Shown here: positions 12,206 through 25,239 of the stretch, in pieces
How the letters are laid out: the number at the start of each line of letters is the position of its first letter
Numbering within the stretch: the first letter of the stretch is position 1
Assembly (NCBI RefSeq): GCF_964213995.1
Contig: NC_135815.1
Location: forward strand, 1,612,001-1,676,000
From: Mustelus asterias
Lineage: Eukaryota
Length of the DNA stretch: 64,000 nt
Direction of reading: 5' to 3'
Position numbers and translations under genes: made by a program
Notes under the pieces: generated by a model
The model's input: only the letters and a program-made list of their open reading frames with translations
What the model was told of the DNA's origin: nothing
Databases searched by the model: none

Positions 12206-12381
12206 TCACCGTGAAGCAGCTTTACTTCGGGGAGACACATTCTTATGAACAAAGAGAGAAAAAAACCATTAATGAACATTTTGACACTAGATTTTTGCTT
12301 GGAATGATTTTAGATGATTCTGAGATGCAAGTTTGTTACCATATAAATCTGATTAGCATCAACCTGGAGATGACCTGATTT
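12206..12381 (-). pseudogene. Orphan duplicate of cytoplasmic exons 2 and 3 (12381-12340 and 12241-12206)
   Basis: Same sequence as 47660-47835 at offset 35454. Homology stops at 12480, so the TM and VJ exons were not copied. Confidence 0.65.
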
Positions 12382-15300
12382 CTGTAACAAAATGAAATGG
12401 TAAAAATTAGTGAAGGAATGCAAAGAGATCGGATTCAGCGATACACGGGCAATGTCAGATTGTGAAACAGGATAACTGGACACGAGGGGAATTGGCATGG
12501 AGGCTGGCACGGATCGCGCTACTCACCTCACGCCCGACTTTACCAAGTTTTCCCACCCGAAAACGGCCGCAATGCAATGATGAATCCGGGCCCTAGCTTT
12601 CAATTCCACCCCTCCCTATCTCAGGAATCTCCTCCAATCCTCTGAGATCTCTGCACTCTTCTAATTCTGGCCTGTTGCACGTCCCGGTTTTAATTCCTCC
12701 ACTCTTGGTGGCCGTGCCTTTAGCTGCCTGGGCCCCAGGAACACTCCGACACTCGTCCTGTCTTTGAATAAAGCTTTGGTAATCTGGCCCAATATCCGCT
12801 TACGTGGCTCAGTGTCAAATCTTTACTCAACCCTGGGACTGTTTTAGTAAATTAAGAACACAAAATAAATGCAAGTGCTTTTCTTTCTTTTTAAACATCA
12901 GGTTGTTGCCGGTAACTGTCCCTCACCTTATTTCTAATTGTTTTTAATAGACATTGGATACAATCGGAGCATTTCAGGAATCTACAAAATAATCTCCCAC
13001 ATCACTGACCAGCTCCTAGACTACAGACTGCTCACCAGATTGGATCAAAAGCTCTTCTCCAGCGTCCCCGCAAAACCTTCTCCAGACCTGACACTGCTGT
13101 CCTAAACTGAAGCCCGCACACCCTCCAGTTCTCCAGGCCGCTTATCAGACCCCAACTGAAAGGAGGGCATTGCCCCTTAGGAAGGATGTTCTGGCCTCAG
13201 GTTTAGATGGGGAGAACAGGAGATATCTGGGAATAATACCAAGGCTCAGGCATTCACATTATCAGCATAAGTGCCACAAACTTGATTTTTATTCCTTTGA
13301 GTTGAAACGTCTGAGTGGTGATTTAATCAAGGTTCTCAATATGATGAAGGGAGTGGATAAAGTGGAACCGGACAAATGAATTCCTCTGATTGGAGAATCT
13401 GAGCAAGGGAACGGAATTATAAAATTTGAGTTAGGTCATTAGAAAGAGGAGAATCTGAGCTCAGAAAGTGAGTTAACCCCTTCCCAAAGCAAGAGTTACC
13501 CGGGGTTAACTGTCAATGAGTTTATCAGGATGAGTATCTGAATAATAGGCTGACACTGGCAATAAAATCCTTGGTACCTGTCCTGAATCGAGCATCTGGA
13601 CTCTCCCAGTTTCAGCTCGTTCCAGTTTCCACATTGATAATCATTCTTTGGAAGGTGCATCCTTGGGTGGGAGCTGTCCTTCCAGTTGATGTTTCTGGCA
13701 CAGGCAGTTACCAGAATGTTACATCTTTGTCCCAGTTCTTGCTGTTCTCTGTCCTTGAAGAGAGGCCATTGGACAACCAGCTGAACACACAGGTCTTGCA
13801 ACAGTCCTATCCGGATAGAGGCTGGAACTCGGAGCTGACCAACACACCCCATGCCCCAACTATCTCCCCGTCCCAGAACCAGGCTGGGGAGTGAGCGAGG
13901 GGGGCACGGTGTGAAATCGGGTGGGACACAGGGGGTGCTGTGCCCATCGCTACCCTCCCCTCTCCCCAGGAGTGCTGCCCCAGCCCCTCTTAGACAAATT
14001 AAGGCCCATAAATGGCCAATTAATGGCCTTTATTCACTGCCAGTAGTATTTTACCAACTGCAGGATGGGCACTTTGCACCTGGGGAGGTCACCCAGTACA
14101 ACCTGATACCTCCCTGCATCAGAATGGGGAGGCTGCCCTCCTGTTTGGATGCCAAGTGGCCTATGGCGTGCCCCCACCCCCGCATACCTACCCCCCACTC
14201 CACCCCCAGCGGCAATAGCTGCTCCAGATGGAAGACTCCCCCCGCCCATTACCAGCATCCCCTGCCCCCTTAGCCTTTGTGATTGTCCGCCCCATACCCC
14301 ACCTACCTGGTTGACCCAAAGCCCACTTCCCAGCATTCCAGGCTGCCTCCGTCATGGCTGGTCTGGGATCAATTGCAGTTCCAGCACTGACCACTGCCTC
14401 CGGTGGCACTGCTGGGCCTGAAGAGCTGCAGAGTCTCTGGTTGTCTGACAGGTCTTGGAGGCGGGACATTGCCTCAGAGGTGCAGAGGCTGTGCCTGTTA
14501 GACATTAATTAGCTGTTGAGTGTAAAATTGGGTTATGGTCTCCAGGGTGATAGGAGTGGGATTTTCCTGATTTTCCGGCAGTGAATGGGGGCACCAGCTC
14601 CACATGAACTCCTGGGCGAATGTTGTCCGTATTGAAATCATTTATAGAGGAAATAGAATTGCTCATTAGTTTGTGGCCAAGATTAAAAAGCCTCAGCTTC
14701 AGCTGGGAAAGCTTCCATTCAGCTAATAGGCTCCCTGTGCACGAGGGGAGGTTCCTGAATGTTGTTACCAATGACTGTCCCAGTTCCACTCTGGCCTTGT
14801 CTGGACCAATGTCCTGAAGAGTGTTCTTCCTGAGGGATCATGGTTCCCTCTTCAATCACCCCCACGGCCCCTTCATAACAGTATACCAACCCTCCCTCGA
14901 CATTCCATGAAAACACCTCAGCGCTTTCTACACCTGTTTAATTCATCCTTGACCTTCTCTAATCTAAAGAAAACAAGTCCAGTTTCTGCAGTTCCTCCGT
15001 GTAACTGAGGTGTCTCGACCCTGGTACCATTCTGGTAAATCTCTTCTGTATCTTGTCCAAAGACCCAACATTCTTCCTCAACATCAGCGCCAGGAATGGG
15101 TGTGAACCCAGAGTTTAGGATCTCTCAACTTATCCTACCATTGTTAAAGATTTGTGTATATAAATGTCCAGGACCCCTCTATTCCTGCGCCCTCTTTAGA
15201 ATCCTACCCCCCACCCCCACCCCGAGGGTTCATATTGTCTCTCACCAAATATTAGATTTTTCAGCATGCTGTTGTCTCAGTCAGGTATCTATTTCACTAG

Positions 15301-15532
15301 AATGTGTACGCTCTCCCGGAGGTTATTATCCTCCTCACTCTTCGCTACATATCTGCCTTTTGTGTCAAACATTGTAATTATGTCCTGTGCTAAATCCAGG
15401 TCAGCAATAAACATCAGAAAGAAAACCACATTCCTGATACTGACTCCAGGGGACATTGCTGCTCACTGTCCTGCAGTCCGTAAAACTAACTCTCACCGCA
15501 ACCCTCTGCTTCATCCCCCCACGCCAACACTA

Positions 15533-16090
15533 TAGTTAAGAAATCCCACCAACGCCTTTACTTTCTCAGAAGACGAAGGAAATTTGGCATGTCAGCTACG
15601 ACTCTCACCAACTTTTACAGATGCACCATAGAAAGCATTCTTTCTGGTTGAATCACAGCTTGGTATGGCTCCTGCTCTGCCCAAGACAGCAAGAAACTAC
15701 AAAAGGTCATGAATGTAGCCCAATCCATCACGCAAACCAGCCTCCCATCCACTGACTCTGTCTACACTTCCCGCTGCCTCGGCAAAGCAGCCAGCATCAT
15801 TAAGGACCCCACGCACCCCGGACATTCTCTCTTCCACCTTATTCCGTTGCGTAAAGGATACAAAAGTGTGAGGTCACGTACCAACCAACTCAAGAACAGC
15901 TTCTTCCCTGCTACTGTCAGACTTTTGAATGGAATTACTTTCTACACCCTAGCTATGACTATAATACTACATTCTGCACTCTCTCGTTTCCTTCTCTATG
16001 AATGGTATGTTTTGTCTGTGTAGCGCGCAAGAAACAATACTTTTCACTGTATGTTAATACATGTGACAATAATAAATCAAATCAAATCAA
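15533..16090 (+). mobile_element. Rex1/Babar-like LINE 3' fragment (mirror copy about 28849-29410)
   Basis: KAASIIKDPTHPGHSLFHL...LKNSFFPATVRLLN C-terminal signature; (aaatc)n tail after aataaa. Confidence 0.7.
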
Positions 16091-16387
16091 AGTGATTTAT
16101 TTATTTTATTCTAATGTGGGATATGGCGAGGCCAGCATTTATTGCCCATTGCTAATTGCCCTTGAGAAGGTGGTGGTGAGCTGCCTTCTGGAACCGCTCC
16201 AGTCCATGTGGTGTAGGCACACCCACAGTGCTGTTAGAGAGGGAGTTCCAGCATTTTGACCCAGCGAAAGTGAAGGAACGGCGATATATTTCCAAGTCAA
16301 GATGATGAGTGTTTTGGAGGGGACCACCTTCCAGGTGGTGGCGTTCCCAGGTATCTGCTGCCCTTGTTATTCTGCTGAGATCATGAG

Positions 16388-16887
16388 GGAGTGCAGAGAA
16401 GGTTCACCAGGTTGATACCAGAGTTGAGGGATGTTGATTATGAGGAGAGACTGAGCAGATTGGGTTTGTATTTGTTGGAATTTAGAAGGCTGAGGGGGGA
16501 TCTTATAGAGACCTATAAGATAATGAAGGGGCTGGATAGGGTAGAGATGGAGAGATTCTTTCCACTTAGAGAGGAAACTAGAACTAGAGGGCACAGCCTC
16601 AAAATAAAGGGGGGTCAGTTTAGGACAGAGTTGAGGAGGAACTTCTTCTCTCAGAGGGTGGTGAATCTCTGGAATTCTCTGCCCACTGAAGTGGTGGAGG
16701 CTACCTCGTTGAATATGTTTAAATCACGGATAGATGGATTCCTGATCGGTAAGGGAATTAGGGGTTATAGGGATCAGGCGGGTAAGTGGAACTGATCCAC
16801 TTCAGATCAGCCATGATCTTATTGAATGGCGGGGCAGGCTCGAGGGGCTAGATGGCCGACTCCTGCTCCTATTTCTTATGTTCTTAT
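16388..16887 (+). mobile_element. CR1 3' fragment (mirror copy about 28052-28551)
   Basis: QRRFTRLIPEL...RLRGDLIETYKI...FSQRVVNLWNSLP; (ttcttatg)n tail. Confidence 0.88.
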
Positions 16888-17899
16888 GTCATGGGTTTGG
16901 TAGGTGCTGTCGAAGGAGCCTTGGTGAGTGCTTATCCCCAAACTGACCCCCATCCGCCTCACGCCATGGGACGAAGGGTGGGGTGGGAGTGGGGGTTAAT
17001 TTTACTGACAATTCAATTTTATGATTCAAATTCATCAAGTACTTTTTGAAAATCCACACGTGAACCACATTCCCCTCATCCTGTCTGACACGGCAGTCCA
17101 GCTTTTGCCTTTGCCAAATGTCAGCTGCTTATTATTTCCAGTGTCACAGGTACTCGCTAGAACTTTCCCATCTTCTTTCAACTTAAGGGTTGTCCTGGAG
17201 CACTGGAGAATTGCAACTGTTCCTTCCTTGTTCAAAAAAGCGTTTTGAGGGGAAGCCCAATGGTGACAGTTTACCATCAACAGTGGGGAGACTTCTGGAA
17301 ACCAAGACAGAAACCGGATAATTAAGGAAAGCCAGATTTTGTTTGAGAGAATCATGTGTAAGTAACACGCTGAAGCTTTCTGGTGAGGGAACGAGGGAAG
17401 TTTGACGAGGATAATGCAGCTGATGTCACACAGCAGACTTGTGAGGAAAGTTATAATTCAGAGGGATGGAGGCAAATGGATACGGAATCGGCTGAGTAAC
17501 TGGAAACAGAGAGTCATGGTTAATGGATGTTTTTTGGGCTGGAGGAAGGTTGGAGTGGAGTTCCCCAGGGATTGATATTGGGAACGTTGCTTTTCCTGAT
17601 ATATATTGATGATTAACATCCTGGTGTGCAGGGGGCAATTTCAAAGTTTGCGGATGATACAAAACTCAGAAACATTGTGAACAATGAGGAGGACAGTGTT
17701 GAACTTCGGTAGAATGGGTGGACATGTGGCAGATGAAGTTCAATGGGGAGAAATGTGAACTGATTCACTTTGGCAGGAAGAGCGTAGAGAGACAATATAA
17801 AACAGGGATGCAAATCTCAAAGGAATGCAGGTCTCGAGGGATCGGGATGGATATGTGAATAAACCATTAAAGGTGGCAAGTCAGACGGAGCGTTTAGTT

Positions 17900-19380
17900 A
17901 AAGAACAAAGAACAAAGAACAGTACAGCACAGGAAACAGGCCCTTCGGCCCTCCAAGCCTGTGCTGCTCATTGGTCCAACTAGACCATTCATTTGTATCC
18001 CTCCTTTCCCAGACTGCTCATGTGACTGTCCAGGCAAGTCTTAAACGATGTCAGCGTGCCTGCCTCCACCACCCTACTTGGCAGCGCATTCCAGGCCCCC
18101 ACCACTCTCTGTGTAAAAAACATCCTTCTGTTATCTGAGTTATACCTCGCCCCTCTCACCTTGAGCCCGTGACCCCTCGTGATCGTCACCTCCGACCTGG
18201 GAAAAAGCTTCCCACTGTTCACCCTATCTATACCCTTCATAATTTTGTACACCTCTATTAGGTCTCCCCTCATTCTCCATCTTTCCAGGGAGAACAACCC
18301 CAGTCTACCCAATCTCTCCTCATAGCTAAGACCCTCCATACCAGGCAACATCCTGGTAAACCTTCTCTGCACTCTCTCTAAAGCCTCCACATCCTTCAGG
18401 TAGTGCGGCGACCAGAACTGGACGCAGTACTCCAAATGTGGCCTAACCAGCGTTCTATACAGCTGCAACATCAGACTCCAGCTTTTATACTCTATACCCC
18501 ATCCTATAAAGGCAAGCATACCATATGCCTTCTTCGCCACCTTCTCCACCTGTGCTGCCACCTTCAAGGATTTGTGGACTTGCACATCTAGGTCCCTCTG
18601 TGTTTCTATACTCCTGATGGCTCTGCCGTTTATTGTATAACTCCTCCCTACATTATTTCTTCCAAAATGCATCACTTCGCATTCATCTGGATTAAATTCC
18701 ATCTGCCATTTCTCCGCCCAATTTTCCAGCCTATCTATATCCTGCTGTATTGTCCGACAATGTTCTTTGCTATCCGCAAGTCCAGCCATCTTCGTGTCAT
18801 CTGCAAACTTGCTGATAACACCAGTTACACCTTCTTCCAAATCATTTATATATATCATAACTAGCAGAGGTCCCAGTACAGAGCCCTGTGGAACACCACT
18901 GGTCACAGACCTCCAGCCGGAAAAAGACCCTTCGACTGCTACCCTCTGTCTCCTGTGGCCAAGCCAGTTTTCTACCCATCTAGCCACCTCTCCTTGTATC
19001 CCATGAGCCTTAACCTTCTTCACCAACCTGCCATGAGGGACTTTGTCAAATGTCTTACTGAAATCCATATAGACGACATCCACGGCCCCTTCCTTCGTCA
19101 ACCGTTTTTGTCACTTCCTCAAAAAACTCCACCAAATTTGTAAGGCACGACCTCCCTCTTACAAAACCATGCTGTCTGTCACTAATGAGATTGTTCCATT
19201 CTAAATGCACATGCATCCTGTCTCTAAGAATCCTCTCCAACAACTTCCCCACCACGGACGTCAGGTTCACTGGCCTATAATTACCCAGGTTATCCCTGCT
19301 ACCCTTCTTAAACAACGGGACCACATTCGCTATCCTCCAATGCTCAGCGACCTCACCTGTGTCCAATGAAGAGACAAAGA
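17900..19380 (-). mobile_element. 5'-truncated CR1 LINE inside older CR1 remnants
   Basis: ORFs 19055..19366 and 17989..19101 (frameshift) with NYRPV and KFADDTK; (ttctttg)n tail. Confidence 0.9.
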
Positions 19381-21079
19381 TTTAATAAAGCACACAGTAT
19401 CCTGGGCTTTATTAATAGGGGCACAGAGAACAAGGGCAAGGAGTGGTTTGGGTCTGGAATGTGCTGTCTGAGAGTGTGGTGGAGACAGGTTCAATGGAAG
19501 CATTCAAAGGGGAATGAGACTGTTCTGTGAAAAGGAGGAACGTGCAGGGTTACGGGGAGAAGGTGGGAAAATGGCATGAAGTGATTTGCTCGTTTGGAGA
19601 ACCGATACAGTCACAATGGGCTGAATGGCCTCCTTCTGATCTGGAACAATTCTGCGATTCTGAAAGTTACTCCAGCATCAATGTTAGACTAACTGGCCTG
19701 TCGATACTGGGCTTCGCTCATCCCCTTTTATGTAACACTCCAGCTCCCCACATCGAAGGAGGATTGGAAGATTGTGGTCAGAGGGACCATAATGTTCACC
19801 TTTAATCCCCATAGTAACCCGAAGATGTATCTCATCCAGGTCAGAACGTCTTTCCACATTGGGTGCTGCCAATCTCTTGATCCATTTTTATTGAAAGGTT
19901 TCATGTTGTGTCAGTGTGTCATTGTTAGATCATGGCTTTGGCGAATAACTTTAAGCTTTAAATTAGGTCTTTTAATATTTTACCCCTTTTAAAGATTGAA
20001 ACATGATGCTTGGAGTGATGAAATCACTTAGCTCAGCAAGCCGGCTCTTTGAACACCTTATGAGAAGCTTTCCCTGAATCTCAAACACAAGCTAAGTATT
20101 CTCGGTCTCGGGTGAGACACAGGTCCTGAAATGTTGGAGGGCAAGGCGGTTAAAAAAAACCCAAAATATCACAAGAAGCTTTTCAAATACATTTCAGATC
20201 TCGAACGTCCAACGTAACACTCAGCAACTCCAGTTATTGTCTCCAAATCGTTTCAATAATTGTTGGGCTGTGACCTGTCGCTGTAAATACAGCTGCCCAG
20301 ATGGAGTTTAATTATAGCTGTCTCACACAGTATCATCCAAACAAAAGGTCACATCCTCTTGTAGATTTATTGAAGAGAATAATACTGTGATTAGTCAAAG
20401 GATGGGATTCTCGACAATTCCTGCTGTCACACTCTCCCTCCCCTGTGGGTTCCTGCTGTCAGAGACCCCCCCCCCCCGCTGTGGGTTCTGGCTGTCAGAG
20501 ACCCCCTCCCCTCCCCCAATGACTCCATTACCATGTGACTACTTGGATGGTTAAACTCCGACGAGATATACTCTGCTCTTTTGTTTGTCAACTCCTGTTC
20601 TCCAATAAAAACTCCTTGCTTCAAGACTTGCAACACACAATGGAAACTTGCGTTGAATATTTTGCTTCTTGCTAAGTCTCCTCTTTCATGAACGATAATA
20701 GACACTCAGTCCTCTGGAACCGCGTCGTAATGGACCTGCTAAATAAAAGTCTGAATCGGGCACTCCAGCTGCTGAAGAGCATGTTCCGAGCTTCCAACGG
20801 CTCCCTGACTCAGACCGGTGGGTGGGGGGAGTAGGGAGGCGGGTCAGATCATTCTCGGTTTGGGAGGGGAGGAGGGGAGAGAGGCCAGATCGTTGTCTGG
20901 TTGCGGCGGGGGGGGGGGGGGGGGGGGGGGTGGGAGAGGGGGGGGGGGGGGGGGGTTGGGGTGGGGGGAGGGGGAGGCGGGTCAGATGTATCTCTGGTGG
21001 GAAGGGGGGGGGTGGGGAGGGAGTTGTCTGGTGGTGGTGGTGGTGGGGGGGGGGGGCGATCGCTCACAGGTGGGGACAG

Positions 21080-21340
21080 GAGGCAGTTGGACCTCTGGTG
21101 GCGGGGAGGGGGGTGGGGGGGGGCAGATGGATATCTGGTGGTGGGGAGGGGGGTGGGGGGGGCAGGTGGATATCTGGTGGTGGGGGGGGGGTGGGGGGGG
21201 CAGGTGGATATCTGGTGGTGGGGAGGGGGGTGGGGGGGGGCAGATGGATATCTGGTGGCGGGGAGGGGGGTGGGGGGGGCAGATGGATATCTGGTGGCGG
21301 GGAGGGGGGTGGGAGGGGCAGATGGATATCTGGTGGGGAT
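21080..21340. repeat. G-rich minisatellite, unit about 33 bp (gggcagatggatatctggtggcggggagggggtggg)
   Basis: About seven visible tandem units. Confidence 0.85.
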
Positions 21341-21424
21341 GCAGGGGTTGGGGCAGGGTGGTCAGCTTCCATTCTGCGGATGATCGGTGGGGGGGGAGGG
21401 GGGGCAGGAGTGTTGATCGGTCTG

Positions 21425-22610
21425 GGTAGTGGGGGGGCTGGATAAGGGGGACAGTGATGTGTGTGGGTAGTGGGGGGGGGGTGGATAAGGGGGACAGTGA
21501 TGTGTGTGGGTCGTGGGGGTGGTGGATAAGGGGGACGGTGATGTGTGTGGGGAGTGGGGAGGGTGGATAAGGGGGATAGTGAAGTGTATGGGTAGTGGGG
21601 GGGGGGTGGATAAGGGGGACAGTGATGTGTGTGGGTAGTGGGGAGGGTGGATAAGGGGGACAGTGATGTGTGTGGGTAGTGGGGGGGTGGATAAGGGGGA
21701 CAGTGATGTGTGTGGGTAGTGGGGGGGGGGGGTGGATAAGGGGGACAGTGATGTGTGTGGGTAGTGGGGTGGGTGGATAAGGGGGACAGTGATGTGTGTG
21801 GGTAGTGGGGGGGTGGATAAGGAGGACAGTGATGTGTGTGGGTAGTGGGGGGGGTGGATAAGGGGGACAGTGATGTGTGTGGGTAGTGGGGGGGTGGATA
21901 AGGGGGACAGTGATGTGTGTGGGTAGTGGGGGGGTGGATAAGGGGGACAGTGATGTGTGTGGGTCGTGGGGGGGTGGATAAGGGGGACAGTGATGTGTGT
22001 GGGTAGTGGGGGGGTAGATAAGGGGGACAGTGATGTGTGTGGGTAGTGGGGGGATGGATAAGGGGGACAGTGATGTGTGTGGGTAGTGGGGGGGTAGATA
22101 ATGATAGAAATGATAGAAACCCTACAGTGCAGAAGGAGGCCATTCGGCCCATCGAGTCTGCACAATCCCACCCAGGCCCTACCCCCACATATTTACCTGC
22201 TAATCCCTCTAACCTACGCATCTCAGGACTCTAAGGGGCAATTTTTAATCTGGCCAATCAACCTAACTTAGGTTGGGACCTAAGGGGGACAGTGATGCAT
22301 GTGGGTAGTGGGGGGGGGGGGGGGGGGGGGGGGGCGGTGGTGGATAAGGAGGACAATTCTGTGTGTGGGTAGTGGGGGGGTGGATAAGGGGGACAGTGAT
22401 GTGTGTGGGTAGTGGGGCGGGTGGATAAGGGGGACAGTGATGTGTGTGGGTAGTGGGGGGGTGGATAAGGGGGACAGTGATGTGTGTGGGTAGTGGGGCG
22501 GGTGGATAAGGGGGACAGTGATGTGTGTGGGTAGTGGGGGGATGGATAAGGGGGGCAGTGATGTGTGTGGGTAGTGGGGGGGTGGATAAGGGGGACAGTG
22601 ATGTGTGTGT
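21425..22610. repeat. G-rich minisatellite, unit about 40 bp (gtggataagggggacagtgatgtgtgtgggtagtgggggg), split by a SINE fragment at about 22100-22270
   Basis: More than twenty visible units; source of the P/H/T-rich ORFs 21064..22221, 21362..22171 and similar. Confidence 0.92.
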
Positions 22611-23098
22611 GCACCCTCGCTCCCGCTTGTCGCTCCCGAGCCGCTTTCTCCGCTTTCTGCGGCCTGGGAGCGATCTGACACGGGCGCGCTTTTTCAAATT
22701 GTTTTTCCAACTGCGCCTGCGCGGTTCAGAGCTCCGATCGTTCCGGCCGCGCTAAGCCCCGCCCACAGCGCGAATGGGACTGGAGATGGCTGAGAGCGTA
22801 TGGGGGCACCTGAACGCAGATCTCTGAGTCGGATCTGCATTACGCCCAGATTCAGCACTTAGAATGAAAATGGTAAAATCGGGCCCTCCCGCTCTAACTG
22901 GGAAGGTTATAAGTGTTGACCCAGCAGATGTCCACATCCATGAGTGAATAAGAAAGGGGAGCTTTATCTGCAATTTTGAACATTGAAGCGAGACAGAGGC
23001 TGAATGGGTGTGAGGTTTTGCAGGGGCGGCGGGGTTTAATACGAGTGGGACGAGCATCCCAGTGTCAATGTCCTGTCCATGGAAATTCACAGCCTGGT

Positions 23099-24025
23099 GG
23101 AATTTCAGCGGCTCTTCCTCTCAAACCCTTCAATTTCCTTCTCAGTATCTGCGTTGAGTTTGTGTCTCAGATTATCGAAGCCACAGCGAGGCGAGTTTGC
23201 AGCAATTTAATTCTCCAAGCTCGACCAGCTCAGTCTGAGTAACTAAGGCAACAACCAATGATGAAACCACAGAAACAGCAACCATACTGCGGTGTAACAA
23301 GTGGTTATTTTACGTGATAAAATGCAAAAAATACTTAACTTTGAGCAGTAAAATACCATGACAAAGTTAACCAATTCTGAAACATACAGCACTCAAAACA
23401 TCTAAGATGTGAGAAGATTAGGGAATGGGGAGAGTTCTCACTGATACAAAACAGAAGAGTTCTCAGAATAACCTGACAGTATTATACCATGCTCGATAAC
23501 CTCTCACAGGAACAACAGATAGAGACAATCTTTCCATCTCGTACAAATGAAACAATATGCAGCAGTGAGTTGTTAAAGGGAAGTTGCCCCATCAGACTGA
23601 ACTGAACCACAACATCTCACAAGGGTGAAAGGTGTGAATGCTGCAACTTGCCTCAGTACCCGCACAATGGGGAGAGGTAAAGTGACCGTGGGTTCGAGCT
23701 CGTGCTCGGTATCCAGCGATCACTTGCATGGCTGAGGGGATCAGATAAGGGCAGCATTGAGCCGGGGAACATGTGTCCTTTTATAGACCGGACCATCAGA
23801 TCGCAGTCTGAGTTCCAATGAATTGTTCTTGGGGGGAGGTGTTGGAGGACTGAGTGTCTATTATCGTTCATGAAAGAGGAGACTTAGCAAGAAGCAAAAT
23901 ATTCAACGCAAGTTTCCATTGTGTGTTGCAAGTCTTGAAGCAAGGAGTTTTTATTGGAGAACAGGAGTTGACAAACAAAAGAGCAGAGTATATCTCATCG
24001 GAGTTTAACCATCCGAGTAGTCACA
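23099..24025 (-). mobile_element. Candidate solo LTR, about 930 bp
   Basis: Minus strand begins TGTGAC at 24025, has ctataaaagg (TATA-like) near 23785, and is flanked by TGGT on both sides (23095-23098 and 24026-24029). The 3' CA end is ambiguous. Confidence 0.35.
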
Positions 24026-25239
24026 TGGTAATGGAGTCATTGGGGGAGGGGAGGGGGTCTCTGACAGCAGGAACCCACAGGGGAGGGGGTCTCTGACAGC
24101 AGGAACCCACAAGGGAGGGAGTTCTGTGAAAACTGGAACCCACAGGGGAGGGGGTCTCTGACAGCAGGAACCCACAGGGGAGGGAGAGTGTGACAGCAGG
24201 AATTGTCGAGAATCCCATCCTTTGACTAATCACAGTATTATTCTCTTCAAAAAATCTACAAGAGGATGTGACCTTTTGTTTGGATGATACTGTGTGAGAC
24301 AGCTATAATTAAACTCCATCTGGGCAGCTGTATTTACAGCGACAGGTCACAGCCCAACAATTATTGAAACGATTTGGAGACAATAACTGGAGTTGCTGAG
24401 TGTTACATTGGACGTTCAAGATCTGAAATGTATTTGAAAAGCTTCTTGTGATATTTTGGGTTTTTTTTAACCGCCTTGCCCTCCAACATTTCAGGACCCG
24501 TGTCTCACCCAAGACCGAGAATACTTAGCTTGTGTTTGAGATTCAGGGAAAGCTTCTCATAAGGTGTTCAAAGAGCCGGCTTGCTGAGCTAAGTGATTTC
24601 ATCACTCCAAGCATCATGTTTCAATCTTTAAAGGGGGTAAAATATTAAAAGACCTAATTTAAAGCTTAAAGTTATTCGCCAAAGCCATGATCTAACAATG
24701 ACACACTGACACAACATGAAACCTTTCAATAAAAATGGATCAAGAGATTGGCAGCACCCAATGTGGAAAGACGTTCTGACCTGGATGAGATACATCTTCG
24801 GGTTACTATGGGGATTAAAGGTGAACATTATGGTCCCTCTGACCACAATCTTCCAATCCTCCTTCGATGTGGGGAGCTGGAGTGTTACATAAAAGGGGAT
24901 GAGCGAAGCCCAGTATCGACAGGCCAGTTAGTCTAACATTGATGCTGGAGTAACTTTCAGAATCGCAGAATTGTTCCAGATCAGAAGGAGGCCATTCAGC
25001 CCATTGTGACTGTATCGGTTCTCCAAACGAGCAAATCACTTCATGCCATTTTCCCACCTTCTCCCCGTAACCCTGCACGTTCCTCCTTTTCACAGAACAG
25101 TCTCATTCCCCTTTGAATGCTTCCATTGAACCTGTCTCCACCACACTCTCAGACAGCACATTCCAGACCCAAACCACTCCTTGCCCTTGTTCTCTGTGCC
25201 CCTATTAATAAAGCCCAGGATACTGTGTGCTTTATTAAA

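Larger units (their letters stand above)
8696..12480. repeat. Segmental duplication block D, direct repeat of 44150-47934 (3785 bp)
   Basis: Constant offset 35454 at both ends; near-identical ORFs 9522..10607/44976..46061 and 11088..12110/46542..47564. Confidence 0.95.
12486..20714. repeat. Left arm of an 8.2-8.6 kb inverted repeat (block C)
   Basis: 12486 pairs with 32455 and 20714 with 23845; many mirror ORFs, e.g. 13170..13379/31562..31771 and 19527..19805/24815..25093. Confidence 0.95.
20715..22886. mobile_element. Left-truncated non-autonomous DNA-transposon-like element with internal G-rich minisatellites
   Basis: Right terminus aaaatggtaaaatcgggccc (ends 22886) matches the terminus at 42510; subterminal similarity to 42300-42510. 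Confidence 0.5.

Noticed and set aside
21425-22610. Regular repeat array as a possible CRISPR
   Set aside because: Units are contiguous with no unique spacers, there are no cas genes, and the DNA is vertebrate.
20818-22710. Gly-rich and Pro/His/Thr-rich ORFs resembling extensins or mucins
   Set aside because: Translations of G-rich tandem repeats.
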